In this document: positions 10,205-19,671 of the stretch, one piece after another
Numbering within the stretch: position 1 is the stretch's first letter
Layout: each line of letters starts with the position of its first letter
Source: Poseidonia sp.
GTDB taxonomy: Archaea > Thermoplasmatota > Poseidoniia > Poseidoniales > Poseidoniaceae
Length of the DNA: 64,000 bases
Reading direction: 5' to 3'
NCBI GenBank assembly: GCA_038148515.1
Contig: JAYQVP010000002.1
Span: forward strand, 92,102 to 156,101
Made by a program: the position numbers and the translations under genes
Notes under the pieces: generated by a model
Database searches by the model: none
Told to the model about the DNA's origin: nothing
The model's input: only the letters and a program-made list of their open reading frames with translations

Positions 10205-11224
10205 ATGAGGGACGGCGAACTGGGGGGCGATATGGTGAGCGATATGGGGAAGGCCATGGCACGGCTTCGACATCGTGACGTTCGTACTCGGCGGCGAGCG
10301 GTACGCACCTTGTTTGAAAACGACGACCCTACGGCCTTGGAAGCGTTCGAATACCTGCTGGATGACGAAGACTCGTGGTTCGTCAGCAAGGCGTTGGAGG
10401 CCTATCGGCGATGGTGCCCCTCGTCGGGCATCGATACGCTCACGCCATTGTTGAACCACTCGTCAGTCCATGTACGCCGTACTGGGGCCAACCTTCTGGG
10501 TCAGTTTGGTGCAGATGCAGAACAGATGGCGCTCCTCGCCCTCACCGACAAGGACCATGTCGTTCAAAAAAAGGCGGCGGGTTCGCTTCTACAGTCGCCG
10601 ACGATTGACGCAGCTTCGGCCATGCTCGCCCACAGCAACGAGCATGTTCGCGCACTTGGAATCACCCACCCTGCATGCCCACAGGAGGCGATTCTTCGCT
10701 GCCTCAGCGATGCATCAATGCCGGTTCGAGAAGCGGCTTTGAGCGCTGCGATCGCCACGGGATGCGAACTCTCCTTCGATGATGTTGAGCCTTTCCTGTG
10801 GGAAGGCGAGCAACAGGCCGACATTCTTTCCTGGTTGGTCACCAACGACACCAAACGGTTTACCCTCCTCGCCCCCCAACTCACCAGCCAACACGTTCGA
10901 GCCCTCACCACACACCTGCGAGGCCATGTCAGGGATTCCTCTCACCCGCTGATTCAGGCGTTGCTCGAGGCCAATATGCTCGTTCCCGTCGCCCGTTGGG
11001 TGGTGCAACAAGGCCGGCAAGAGGACGACCTGCGGTGGGAATTGGTCGGCGATGCCCGTCTGGAGACCATTGAGCGAAGCAAGGTCCTTGAGCGCTTGAT
11101 CGGTCGTGCGGGAGAGCAAGTGGTACAGGACGAGGTTCAACGCTTGTTGTCACAGCCGCTTGAAGAACTGCTCAAGGTGGCGTGCGAGAACCTATCAACC
11201 GCCGCAGGCGAACTAGCACCATGA
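10205..11224 (+). CDS. HEAT repeat protein
   Basis: Repeats such as LRHRDVRTRRRAVRTL, LLDDEDSWFVSKA, LSDASMPVREAA. Confidence 0.8.
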   Translation: MRDGELGGDMVSDMGKAMARLRHRDVRTRRRAVRTLFENDDPTALEAFEYLLDDEDSWFVSKALEAYRRWCPSSGIDTLTPLLNHSSVHVRRTGANLLGQFGADAEQMALLALTDKDHVVQKKAAGSLLQSPTIDAASAMLAHSNEHVRALGITHPACPQEAILRCLSDASMPVREAALSAAIATGCELSFDDVEPFLWEGEQQADILSWLVTNDTKRFTLLAPQLTSQHVRALTTHLRGHVRDSSHPLIQALLEANMLVPVARWVVQQGRQEDDLRWELVGDARLETIERSKVLERLIGRAGEQVVQDEVQRLLSQPLEELLKVACENLSTAAGELAP

Positions 11225-13032
11225 GCGAGCCTTTCTCCGGCTTGAAGTTCCACCTTGACGCTACCGACGCAGCGATGCACCACCTGAAGGTCGGACTTCG
11301 GCTGGAGGGGCCATTCACCGCTCGCCGCTTGGTGTTTCGATTTCCCCGGTGGGTCCCCGGTTCCTACTTCTTACGAGAGCCGATTCAGCACATGTTCGAT
11401 TTTTCCGCCGTGGACGACTTCGGCTCTGACCTCAACTGGAAGCGTGTCGGCGTGGACGGCTTATCCGTCCAAGCACCGACCAACGGCTCCACCCTCAACA
11501 TCCACTACACCCTCTTAGCAAATGAGCTCTCTGTCCGCTCCAATCACCTGGATGCCACCCACTTGCACATGATGCCACCATTTACGTGGATGTGGCCGGA
11601 AAAGGGAATCGATGCGAAGCGATTGACGATGACCCACCATGTTGAATTGGTTTGTCCTGGCGAATGGACTCCTGCCACACAACTGAGGGCTCTTGGTCAC
11701 GATGAAGGAAGCGAGGGAACCTGCATCTGGCAGTTTTCCGCTATCGGCCGAGACATGTTGCTGGATTCCATCCTTGAAGCGAATGCCAACCAAGCGATCA
11801 CCTACACCGTGGACGGCCGTGTCCACCACCTCAAGTGGTGGGACAGCGGAGGGTTGGCACCTCAACACGAGCGAATGGACGCCTTTATTGAAGACACGAA
11901 GCGAATCATCAAAGAGCATCACGCCCTATTTGGGGTCCCTGATTGGCCGGAATACACCACCATCCTTCACCTCACCGAACACTCACGAGGGGGACTGGAA
12001 CACATGAACTCCCAAACATCGATGATGCCACGCCAATGCTTGTTTCCCAAGCATGAGGATGAGTACCGAGACCTCGTGAGCCTGTTCTCCCACGAGTACT
12101 TGCACCAATGGAACGTGAAGCGCCTACGACCGGCATGCTTCCTTGACTACGACTTGCAATCAGAAGTCCACACGGATCTGTTGTGGTGGTTTGAAGGCGG
12201 AACATCGTGGTTGGGTGACATGATATGTGTTCGCTCAGGCGCTTGGTCCGAGGACGACTGGAAAATTGATTTTGAACGCAAAATGAAACGCCATACCAAC
12301 GCCAATGGGATGCACCGAGAATCCCTCGCCGAGTCGAGCCATGATGCGTGGATACACCTCTATAGAAGCGGCCCCTATTCACGCGAAAGCCAAATATCAT
12401 ACTACCTTGAGGGCGAGTTGGCGATGCTGTGTCTCGACGTTGAACTACGACGACGAAACGGCAACACCTTCGGTGCTTGTGACTTGATGGCTGAAGTGGT
12501 CCGCCGGTTCTCCATTACCTCGGATGAAGCCATCGGTCAAGGCGTGGATTATCGTGACATTCGGAACACGTTGAAGGATTGCCCTGGAGGCAGCAGCATG
12601 GGCCCGTACCTTGACCGTTTGGTGAAACACCGGACATTGCCCGCCATCAGCAAAGCCCTTTCCTATTTCCGACTGAAACTCACCCCTCACACATCCGACA
12701 AGGCCGAAAACGGGTGGTTGGGTGTGACCCTCAAGGACACCGCCGGACGAGTGGTGATCACCAGTTACCTTGCCGGCTCCCCATTGCGGCAACTCACGCA
12801 GGTGGGGGATGAATTGCTGGCCTTGAACGGCGTGAGGGTCCAGAACACGTCGCATCTGCAAAAACTCATCCAAGGAGCCCTGGGCCAAACCTTGGCAATG
12901 GATTTCATCCACGAAGGCATTGTCCAACACGCTGAATTTGACGTCCCTGCCTCGCCCCAACACGGCGTAACGCTGAGCGGGAAGGGCAATGAACGATGGC
13001 GTTCGTGGATCACAACTCGTCAGGACCCGTGA
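11221..13032 (+). CDS. M61 family glycyl aminopeptidase with PDZ domain
   Basis: WVPGSY, GGLEH, HEYLHQWNVKRLRP, LWWFEG, C-terminal PDZ (GDELLALNG). Confidence 0.9.
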   Translation: MSEPFSGLKFHLDATDAAMHHLKVGLRLEGPFTARRLVFRFPRWVPGSYFLREPIQHMFDFSAVDDFGSDLNWKRVGVDGLSVQAPTNGSTLNIHYTLLANELSVRSNHLDATHLHMMPPFTWMWPEKGIDAKRLTMTHHVELVCPGEWTPATQLRALGHDEGSEGTCIWQFSAIGRDMLLDSILEANANQAITYTVDGRVHHLKWWDSGGLAPQHERMDAFIEDTKRIIKEHHALFGVPDWPEYTTILHLTEHSRGGLEHMNSQTSMMPRQCLFPKHEDEYRDLVSLFSHEYLHQWNVKRLRPACFLDYDLQSEVHTDLLWWFEGGTSWLGDMICVRSGAWSEDDWKIDFERKMKRHTNANGMHRESLAESSHDAWIHLYRSGPYSRESQISYYLEGELAMLCLDVELRRRNGNTFGACDLMAEVVRRFSITSDEAIGQGVDYRDIRNTLKDCPGGSSMGPYLDRLVKHRTLPAISKALSYFRLKLTPHTSDKAENGWLGVTLKDTAGRVVITSYLAGSPLRQLTQVGDELLALNGVRVQNTSHLQKLIQGALGQTLAMDFIHEGIVQHAEFDVPASPQHGVTLSGKGNERWRSWITTRQDP

Positions 13033-13459
13033 AGGGCGGAAGAGCCGACAGACGCTCGAGCGAGACGAAGATTGGAGGAGTTTCATCCGCGATGGTGTGT
13101 CGACTGGTTTTCGGAGGATAAACGTCTGAGGATAAGGCCATGGCAATCACATCAGCCTTGGTCAACCCGTCCAAGCCGCAGGAAGGCCAAACATCAACCT
13201 CAATTCCCTCATCCGTAAGGTAGTCAACACACAATGCAGGAACCCGTTTGAGCCCGAGCATGATCGCCACTGAATGCCGATGATGGCCGTCAAGAATCGC
13301 TCCAGTAGCCCGGTCAACGATGAGTGGCTTGGTGTAACCCCCCCATCGCTGCGTCATCTCGAGGAGTTTGTCGCGGTTCTTTTCCTTGATTTCTTCATGA
13401 GCCTTGAGCCAACTCAGTGGAACGAGGTGGACATCGTCTTCGGTCCACTCCATGTGCAT
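13010..13459 (-). CDS. ParB/sulfiredoxin-fold protein, SerK-like (short form)
   Basis: LKAHEE, KPLIV, LDGHHR, PPKTSRH motifs. Confidence 0.75.
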   Translation of the reverse strand: MHMEWTEDDVHLVPLSWLKAHEEIKEKNRDKLLEMTQRWGGYTKPLIVDRATGAILDGHHRHSVAIMLGLKRVPALCVDYLTDEGIEVDVWPSCGLDGLTKADVIAMALSSDVYPPKTSRHTIADETPPIFVSLERLSALPPFTGPDEL

Positions 13460-13523
13460 ACGTGCAGCGATTGTCCCATAATGCTTTTTCATGGACCCGA
13501 TAAGGCAATGTCAAGGGAAGCCC

Positions 13524-14885
13524 ATGGACGAACGGCAACCGTTGAGTTTGGGCGTCGAGGCTGACTTCGAGGGACAACCCTGCCCGCCTCACATCATCCG
13601 ATGGTTGGCCTCGTTACCGAGCGATGCTCTCGGCATCCTCGACAGACTCGCAAGGGCTGGCCACGGTGCTTGGTTGGTGGGGGGGTGCGTGCGAGATGCA
13701 TGGTTGCAACAGGCTGGAGATGACATCGACATGTGCACCACCGCAACACCCGATGAGGTGATGTTGTTGTTTTCCCAGCGCGCCATCGCCACGGGTATTG
13801 ATTTTGGTACCGTGACCATCAAAGGCGACGCTCGTCATTACGAAGTGACAACCTGCCGAACTGAATCGTTGTACAGAGACGGTCGGCGACCGGATCAGGT
13901 CGCATGGGGAACCTCGCTGAAGGAGGACTTGAGCCGACGGGATTTCACCTTCAACAGCATGGCAGTCGATGTTGCCCGAGCCCGATTCTACGACCCCTAC
14001 AACGGCGTGGGTGATTTGAACATGCAACGGGTCCGTGCTGTCGGTGACGCGAATGTTCGCTGTGAAGAAGACGCCCTGCGCATCTTGCGCGCCTATCGTT
14101 TTCTAGACCAATCAGGATCGGCGCTGAGGACGATGGACCCTGCCTTGCAGGGAGCCGTACGAAACGCTCGCGACCGATTGAGCATGGTGGCGGTTGAACG
14201 GAAGTGGATTGAGATGCAAAAGATGCTCGCAGGACCCTGCGCAGGGGCAGTCCTGCGTGAAATGGCGTGTGACGGCGTTTTGGGCGCTGTGTTTGAACAG
14301 TGCTCCATCATTGACCCTGCCATGTTCAGCCTGCTCGACGATGAGCGAATCCACCCTGTTTCGTTGGCCGAACAACTCGCCTTGCTCATGTCGCAACACG
14401 ACGGCAGGGCGCTGTTGAACCAATTGGAAGCCTTGAAGGTCCCGAAGAAATTGATGAAAGAGACGCTTCAAGTTCACGAGCGTTTGGCTCATCTGCCGGG
14501 CACGACCAAGCCTGAATTGCGGGTCTTCGACCATGTCCTGGGCGATGCTGCTGGCTCGCATTTACGTATTCGATGCGGTTTTCAGCGAATGAACATCGCC
14601 AAGGTGGGTGGACGGATATTGGAAGGTGATGCATTGCTGGTGCACGACGCATGGCAGTCGCTTCCGACTCGCCTTTCGCCAGAGAGATGTCTGGTCGACG
14701 GCCACTGGCTCATGGAACGGACAGCACTGGCCGAGGGAATGAAACTCGGACGCCTGAAATCGTGGATACACCGACTCCAAATCGAGGAGGACGTGACTGA
14801 GCCCAGTGAGATGGAGCGGATTCTTGCACGCCTCCCCTATGTCCACGGTGACTACGAATCCTGGCCTCGCCTCGAATTCCCTTGA
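13524..14885 (+). CDS. cca: Class II (bacterial-type) CCA tRNA nucleotidyltransferase
   Basis: VGGCVRD..DDID, RRDFTFN, EDALRILRAYRF motifs. Confidence 0.8.
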   Translation: MDERQPLSLGVEADFEGQPCPPHIIRWLASLPSDALGILDRLARAGHGAWLVGGCVRDAWLQQAGDDIDMCTTATPDEVMLLFSQRAIATGIDFGTVTIKGDARHYEVTTCRTESLYRDGRRPDQVAWGTSLKEDLSRRDFTFNSMAVDVARARFYDPYNGVGDLNMQRVRAVGDANVRCEEDALRILRAYRFLDQSGSALRTMDPALQGAVRNARDRLSMVAVERKWIEMQKMLAGPCAGAVLREMACDGVLGAVFEQCSIIDPAMFSLLDDERIHPVSLAEQLALLMSQHDGRALLNQLEALKVPKKLMKETLQVHERLAHLPGTTKPELRVFDHVLGDAAGSHLRIRCGFQRMNIAKVGGRILEGDALLVHDAWQSLPTRLSPERCLVDGHWLMERTALAEGMKLGRLKSWIHRLQIEEDVTEPSEMERILARLPYVHGDYESWPRLEFP

Positions 14886-14931
14886 TGAATGTCGCCATCA
14901 ACTTGAAGACTTTTGCCAATTCTGGAAAATC

Positions 14932-16074
14932 ATGGCCCGGGTTGACTTGCCGGAGAAGGTCGTGTTTGAAAGCCGAGTTGCTGAAATACAACAGCGCGTT
15001 GATAACATCACCTCCAGCAACCGGATGGCGAAACTCCTTCATGGCAACTTCAAAACATGGCTGAACTCCTCATCAATATCGCCGCTTCAGCTCACGCTGG
15101 ACATGGACAATGACCGAAACGGGTACATTTCTCAGCACGAATTCGCCACCCTTCTTGAGTCCATGACCGGTGAGCGCCCTCCCAACTGGGTGAGCGAATT
15201 GGTGTTTTCTTTTGTCGACGCCAAGTCTGACATGGGCATACCGTTGAGCGATTGGTTGGCCTTCCTCGCGGCCAGTGGCATGGACATCCCCGAAGACATG
15301 TTTCCCTCGATGAAGGACGTCAATGGCACCATTGTTGTGAACCCAACCTCGGTCATGGTGGGCGAATCCGTCAAGGTCGTCGTTGAGTTTGACCAAAACA
15401 TCCTTGCTTACGAAATTGCAGCAACCAACCTCACCACGGGTGAGAAAGAAGGGTTTTTGACACCCGTTGAGGACATGGACGCCCCAAACAAAGACGAATT
15501 TGTCCTCGAGCCGGACGAAACTGGCGAATACGAAGTGCAACTCATCCATCTCGGTAAATTGCTTGCTTTGACGAAGGTGATGGTCGATGCCCCCGTCATC
15601 AAGGAGTCGAGCGAGGAACCGACCGTTGACGAGGAAACCTCTGCTGAAAACAACACGGAGGATGACGTTGAAAACGAGGTTGAGAGCGACGAAGCCCCCG
15701 GGGTTGAAAACACCGAAGATATGGCCGCACCGATGGTGGTCAACGTCGAGGACCACACACCTACAAGCCCGTTGGTCGAACTCATTCAGGCCCTTGACAA
15801 AACCCGCTTGAGGAGTGAATCCGTGGCCATGCTCAGGGACCAACCAAGTCTCGATGTCGCCTTCGTAGTGACGGGCCAGCATCGGACCCTGCTCGGCGAA
15901 GCCGAGTTCAAGAACGGAACAACGTTAACTTGTAGCCACCCAGAAGGGTTTGAGTTTGAATTGATGACCCGCCCAACGGACGCACCCCCCACAGTGGGAC
16001 AACGAATGACGGGGACTGTCGTTCCGATGCAGTGGTCCATCGCTACGCGGCGCTTGGTGTGCCGAGAGCGTTGA
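14932..16074 (+). CDS. EF-hand domain protein with acidic linker
   Basis: DNDRNGYISQHE canonical EF loop, degenerate second loop, E/D-rich linker. Confidence 0.7.
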   Translation: MARVDLPEKVVFESRVAEIQQRVDNITSSNRMAKLLHGNFKTWLNSSSISPLQLTLDMDNDRNGYISQHEFATLLESMTGERPPNWVSELVFSFVDAKSDMGIPLSDWLAFLAASGMDIPEDMFPSMKDVNGTIVVNPTSVMVGESVKVVVEFDQNILAYEIAATNLTTGEKEGFLTPVEDMDAPNKDEFVLEPDETGEYEVQLIHLGKLLALTKVMVDAPVIKESSEEPTVDEETSAENNTEDDVENEVESDEAPGVENTEDMAAPMVVNVEDHTPTSPLVELIQALDKTRLRSESVAMLRDQPSLDVAFVVTGQHRTLLGEAEFKNGTTLTCSHPEGFEFELMTRPTDAPPTVGQRMTGTVVPMQWSIATRRLVCRER

Positions 16075-16075
16075 T

Positions 16076-17245
16076 TCATTTCAGAGCACGTGCGATTACA
16101 ATGCGTTGGACTTCTTGTGTCCCCTCATAAATTTGGGTAATTTTGGCGTCGCGGAAGAACCGTTCGACAGGGAATTCCTTCGTGTAACCGTAGCCACCCA
16201 ACACCTGTATAGCACGTTCGGAGACCCACATTGCCGTGTCGCCAGCGAACAGTTTTGCCATGCTCGCCTCTTTGGAATGACGGGGTCCGTTGGCGTGGTA
16301 GTGTTGCTCCTTGGTCCATGCTGCCTTGTACACCAGCATCCGAGCGGCTTCAATTTGCGTCGCCATGTCTGCCAGGTAAGCCATGATCATTTGGTGGTGA
16401 GCGATGGGTTTGCCGAAGGCTTCTCGTTCATGAGCGTATTTCAAGGCTGATTCGTAAGCGCCTTGAGCAATCCCGAGGGCTTGCGCAGCGATGCCGATGC
16501 GGCTGTTGTCCAGCGCATTCATAGCAATTGGGAACCCGTTACCCGCGCCTTTGATGACGTTTTCAACCGGCACCTTGCAGTTGTTCAGCACCAACGTGCA
16601 TGTATCAGAAGATCGAATACCAAGTTTGTCCTCCTTTTTGCCGACACTGAATCCTTCAAAGGATGCATCTACGATGAACGCTGTGCTGCCCCCGTGCTTT
16701 TTCACGCCGTATTCAGGATGGTCCACGTCTTTTGCAAACAGCACCAAAATTTGGGCTTGGGCACCGTTCGTGACCCACATTTTCTCGCCGTTGAGGATGT
16801 AGTGCGTACCATCTTCGGAAAGTTTGGCTTTGCAGGACATCGCTGCGGCGTCGGTTCCCGCACCAGCTTCAGAAAGTGAGTATGCACCTACTTCGCCCGC
16901 TGCAAGGCGAGGGAGATAGGTGCTCTTCTGGTGTTCATCGCCGTGCAGGGCAATCGTCATCGAGCACAAGCCAACGTGGACACAGAACATGACGGCGAAC
17001 GAAGGGTCGACTCTGGCCAACTCTTCGATGATGATCGCTTCCGATACATCATCGATAGGAGAACCTCCGTACGCTTCGGGGATGGTAATCCCATGCAATC
17101 CGTATTCAAGGAAGGCGGCCCATTCCTCTGAGGGTGGAATTTGTTGTTGATCGCGATGCTCAACCGTCGGTGCAAGAACGGTTTCTGCGAAATCCCGCAC
17201 CATCTCTCGAATCATTTGTTGTTCGTCGGTTTCTGCAAATATCAT
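16076..17245 (-). CDS. Acyl-CoA dehydrogenase (short/branched-chain type)
   Basis: YSLSEAGAGTD, NGEKMWVTN, GGYGY...RDAKITQIYEGT. Confidence 0.95.
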   Translation of the reverse strand: MIFAETDEQQMIREMVRDFAETVLAPTVEHRDQQQIPPSEEWAAFLEYGLHGITIPEAYGGSPIDDVSEAIIIEELARVDPSFAVMFCVHVGLCSMTIALHGDEHQKSTYLPRLAAGEVGAYSLSEAGAGTDAAAMSCKAKLSEDGTHYILNGEKMWVTNGAQAQILVLFAKDVDHPEYGVKKHGGSTAFIVDASFEGFSVGKKEDKLGIRSSDTCTLVLNNCKVPVENVIKGAGNGFPIAMNALDNSRIGIAAQALGIAQGAYESALKYAHEREAFGKPIAHHQMIMAYLADMATQIEAARMLVYKAAWTKEQHYHANGPRHSKEASMAKLFAGDTAMWVSERAIQVLGGYGYTKEFPVERFFRDAKITQIYEGTQEVQRIVIARALK

Positions 17246-17362
17246 GCGCTCCCCATGGTGGCCAAACCTAGGAGTTTCTTAACCCGTTTGTTTGATTCAA
17301 AAAACACAGTTTCCCCAGTCTTCATATACCACCTGTGGAAGCCGCGTTTTGAGGAGAACACC

Positions 17363-17788
17363 ATGGATGACGACATCATCGAGTTCAACATCGCACAGGA
17401 CCGCAAATATTCGAGGGACCACTTGTGGTTCCAACAAAAGGAACAGAAGTTGATGATCGGCGTGAGCGAATTCATGCGCTTTGAAATCGGTGACATTCTC
17501 CGAGTGATTCTCCCCCAGGCAGAAACCGAAGTGGACGAAGGTGGCAGCCTCTTCTCATTGTGGTCGGCGGATGAAAAAATCTCCCTGGTATCCCCCTTCT
17601 CAGGCGTCATTTCCGATGTCAACGGCGAGGTTGAAATCAACCCCGATCTCGTCAACGACTCCGCCTACAACGACGGGTGGATCATCCTCCTTGAGCCCCA
17701 TGAATTGCAGGTCAATCCAGACGAGAAACAGTTGCTCGAAAACCTGATGGAGCACGACGAATACATTGAGTACCTAGCTGAAATGTGA
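17363..17788 (+). CDS. Glycine cleavage H protein-like, lacking the canonical lipoyl-lysine
   Basis: YSRDHLW, SPFSGVI..VN, PDLVNDSAYNDGWI; GAGGAG SD upstream. Confidence 0.8.
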   Translation: MDDDIIEFNIAQDRKYSRDHLWFQQKEQKLMIGVSEFMRFEIGDILRVILPQAETEVDEGGSLFSLWSADEKISLVSPFSGVISDVNGEVEINPDLVNDSAYNDGWIILLEPHELQVNPDEKQLLENLMEHDEYIEYLAEM

Positions 17789-17847
17789 GCTTCCACCCGA
17801 GGCGAACACGCCTCAAGGATGATTAACTCAGGGTCTGTCCTCATCGT

Positions 17848-18420
17848 ATGGACGACCCCATGGAGCAACTGAGACAAAGTTTGCAATCGGCTCCCGTCAT
17901 TTGGAAAGGTGACTACCCATACTTCATCCACCCCATCACCGATGGGGTACCGCGAATGCATCCCGAGGTGCTTCAGGCCATCACCGACCTCGTGGTACAA
18001 CGGGTTGATTGGAGCGAAATTGACCTCCTCTTGGGTATTGAGGCGATGGGGTTGCCCCTGACCGCCCCCCTGAGCATGGCGACGGGGATTCCCCTCGTGA
18101 TTGCCCGCAAACGGTCGTACGGATTGGAAGGGGAAGTCGAAATCGACCAATCCACTGGCTACTCCAAAGGAGCGATGTACCTCAACAACCTCAAACCCGG
18201 GGAAAGGATTGCCATCCTCGACGATGTTCTGTCAACCGGCGGCACATTGGAAGCCGTCATCCGTGGAGTACAACGCGCAGACGCCGTGGTGACAGACATC
18301 ATCGCTGTGGTGGAAAAAGGTGGGGGACTTCGAAGGTTGCAAGAACTCTACCCCGCCATCCGAATCCAGTCGTTGGTTCGCTTGGAAATGGACGGCGACA
18401 AAGTTGTTCTTTTGGATTGA
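17848..18420 (+). CDS. hpt: Archaeal hypoxanthine/guanine (purine) phosphoribosyltransferase
   Basis: YPYFIHPITDGVP, IEAMG, ILDDVLSTGGT PRPP loop. Confidence 0.85.
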   Translation: MDDPMEQLRQSLQSAPVIWKGDYPYFIHPITDGVPRMHPEVLQAITDLVVQRVDWSEIDLLLGIEAMGLPLTAPLSMATGIPLVIARKRSYGLEGEVEIDQSTGYSKGAMYLNNLKPGERIAILDDVLSTGGTLEAVIRGVQRADAVVTDIIAVVEKGGGLRRLQELYPAIRIQSLVRLEMDGDKVVLLD

Positions 18421-18475
18421 ATGCTGATGGGTGGCTTCATGAGGGGGTGGCGCTGCCCTCGCTTTGAGGCAGACC

Positions 18476-19582
18476 ATGGACCTTGACCGCCACGATTTCG
18501 AATTGGATGAATTGATGGAGCGCATTCGTTCCAACGACCATCGATTGATCGCACTGCAAGTGCCAGAGGGCCTGAAGATGCAAGCGTTGGAGATGATGGA
18601 CACCATTGAAACGGAGACAAGCACCCATGTTGTGCTCGCAGCCGACCCGTGTTACGGAGCCTGTGACTTGGTGCACGACAAGATGAAACTGATGGGCGTT
18701 GAACTCGTCGCTCACATGGGTCACTCGCAAATGAACATTGATTCCGGCATGCCAACACAATTCATCAACGTGACCTATGACGGCGACCCTGAATTGAGCC
18801 CGGTTTTACCATGGCTTGAACAGCACCGTGCCATGGCTATGGAACGTTTGAACAACACACCGTCCCAACCGGTCGATGAAAGTGAAGCCCAAGAGCGGTT
18901 TATGGACGCCGTGGGCCGATTGGCCCCGTTGACGGATACCAAACTCGGCCTTGTTGGCTCCATCCAACACCTCCATCTCCTCCCTGAATTTCACGACCGT
19001 CTTGAACAAGCGGGCTTCGATGTCACCATCCCCATCGGAGGGGCTCGCCTCTCGTTCCCGGGCCAAGTGTTGGGGTGCAATTATTCGGGCGACGACCCGA
19101 GCATTGGCCATTACCTGTTCCTCGGAAGCGGCGATTTCCACCCGATTGGCCTGGTGCTTCACACCGGGAAACCACTGGCCATGTTGGACCCGTACACCGG
19201 CGAAGCCGAGGAAATGTCCCTCCAGCGCATTGAGCGCATCCTTCGCCAACGGTTTGGCCTCATCATGAGCGTCCAAGACGCCGATTCGTTCGGCATCCTC
19301 ATCGGCGAAAAACCAGGTCAGATGCGCCGCACGCTGGCCTTGCGCATGAAGCGCATGCTGGCCAAACACGGGAAGAAAGGCTACTTGCTCGCTCTTGAGC
19401 ACGTTGGCCCCGAACTCATTGATTTCTATCCCGTTGATGCCTTTGTCAACACTGCCTGCCCCCGTATCGCCATTGATGACGCCGTCAAGTATCGTAAACC
19501 GCTCATCACGCCGTTTGAACTCGAGGTAGCCTTGGGCGAAAAGCAATGGGAGACGGGTTACCAGTTTGACGAAATCCCGTGA
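18476..19582 (+). CDS. dph2: Diphthamide biosynthesis enzyme Dph2
   Basis: LQVPEGLK, PCYGACD, GQVLGC, NTACPR. Confidence 0.93.
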   Translation: MDLDRHDFELDELMERIRSNDHRLIALQVPEGLKMQALEMMDTIETETSTHVVLAADPCYGACDLVHDKMKLMGVELVAHMGHSQMNIDSGMPTQFINVTYDGDPELSPVLPWLEQHRAMAMERLNNTPSQPVDESEAQERFMDAVGRLAPLTDTKLGLVGSIQHLHLLPEFHDRLEQAGFDVTIPIGGARLSFPGQVLGCNYSGDDPSIGHYLFLGSGDFHPIGLVLHTGKPLAMLDPYTGEAEEMSLQRIERILRQRFGLIMSVQDADSFGILIGEKPGQMRRTLALRMKRMLAKHGKKGYLLALEHVGPELIDFYPVDAFVNTACPRIAIDDAVKYRKPLITPFELEVALGEKQWETGYQFDEIP

Positions 19583-19671
19583 ACCGCCTCCCAAACGGCG
19601 GAAAAACGCCACTTGCTCAACGCGTTGAAGACCACATGTTTTAGAACGGTTGACAACAGGATTCCAATGAT

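Noticed and set aside
17292..17301. TTGATTCAAA shared by the acyl-CoA dehydrogenase and HMG-CoA reductase (26617) upstream regions
   Set aside because: The TTGAWTCAA core also occurs inside coding regions (about 29862, 30946, 53547), so it is not distinguishable from chance.
19583..19671. Replication origin next to cdc6
   Set aside because: Flanking gaps are under 90 bp, with no recognisable ORB (TCCA..GAAAC plus G-string) or AT-rich unwinding element.
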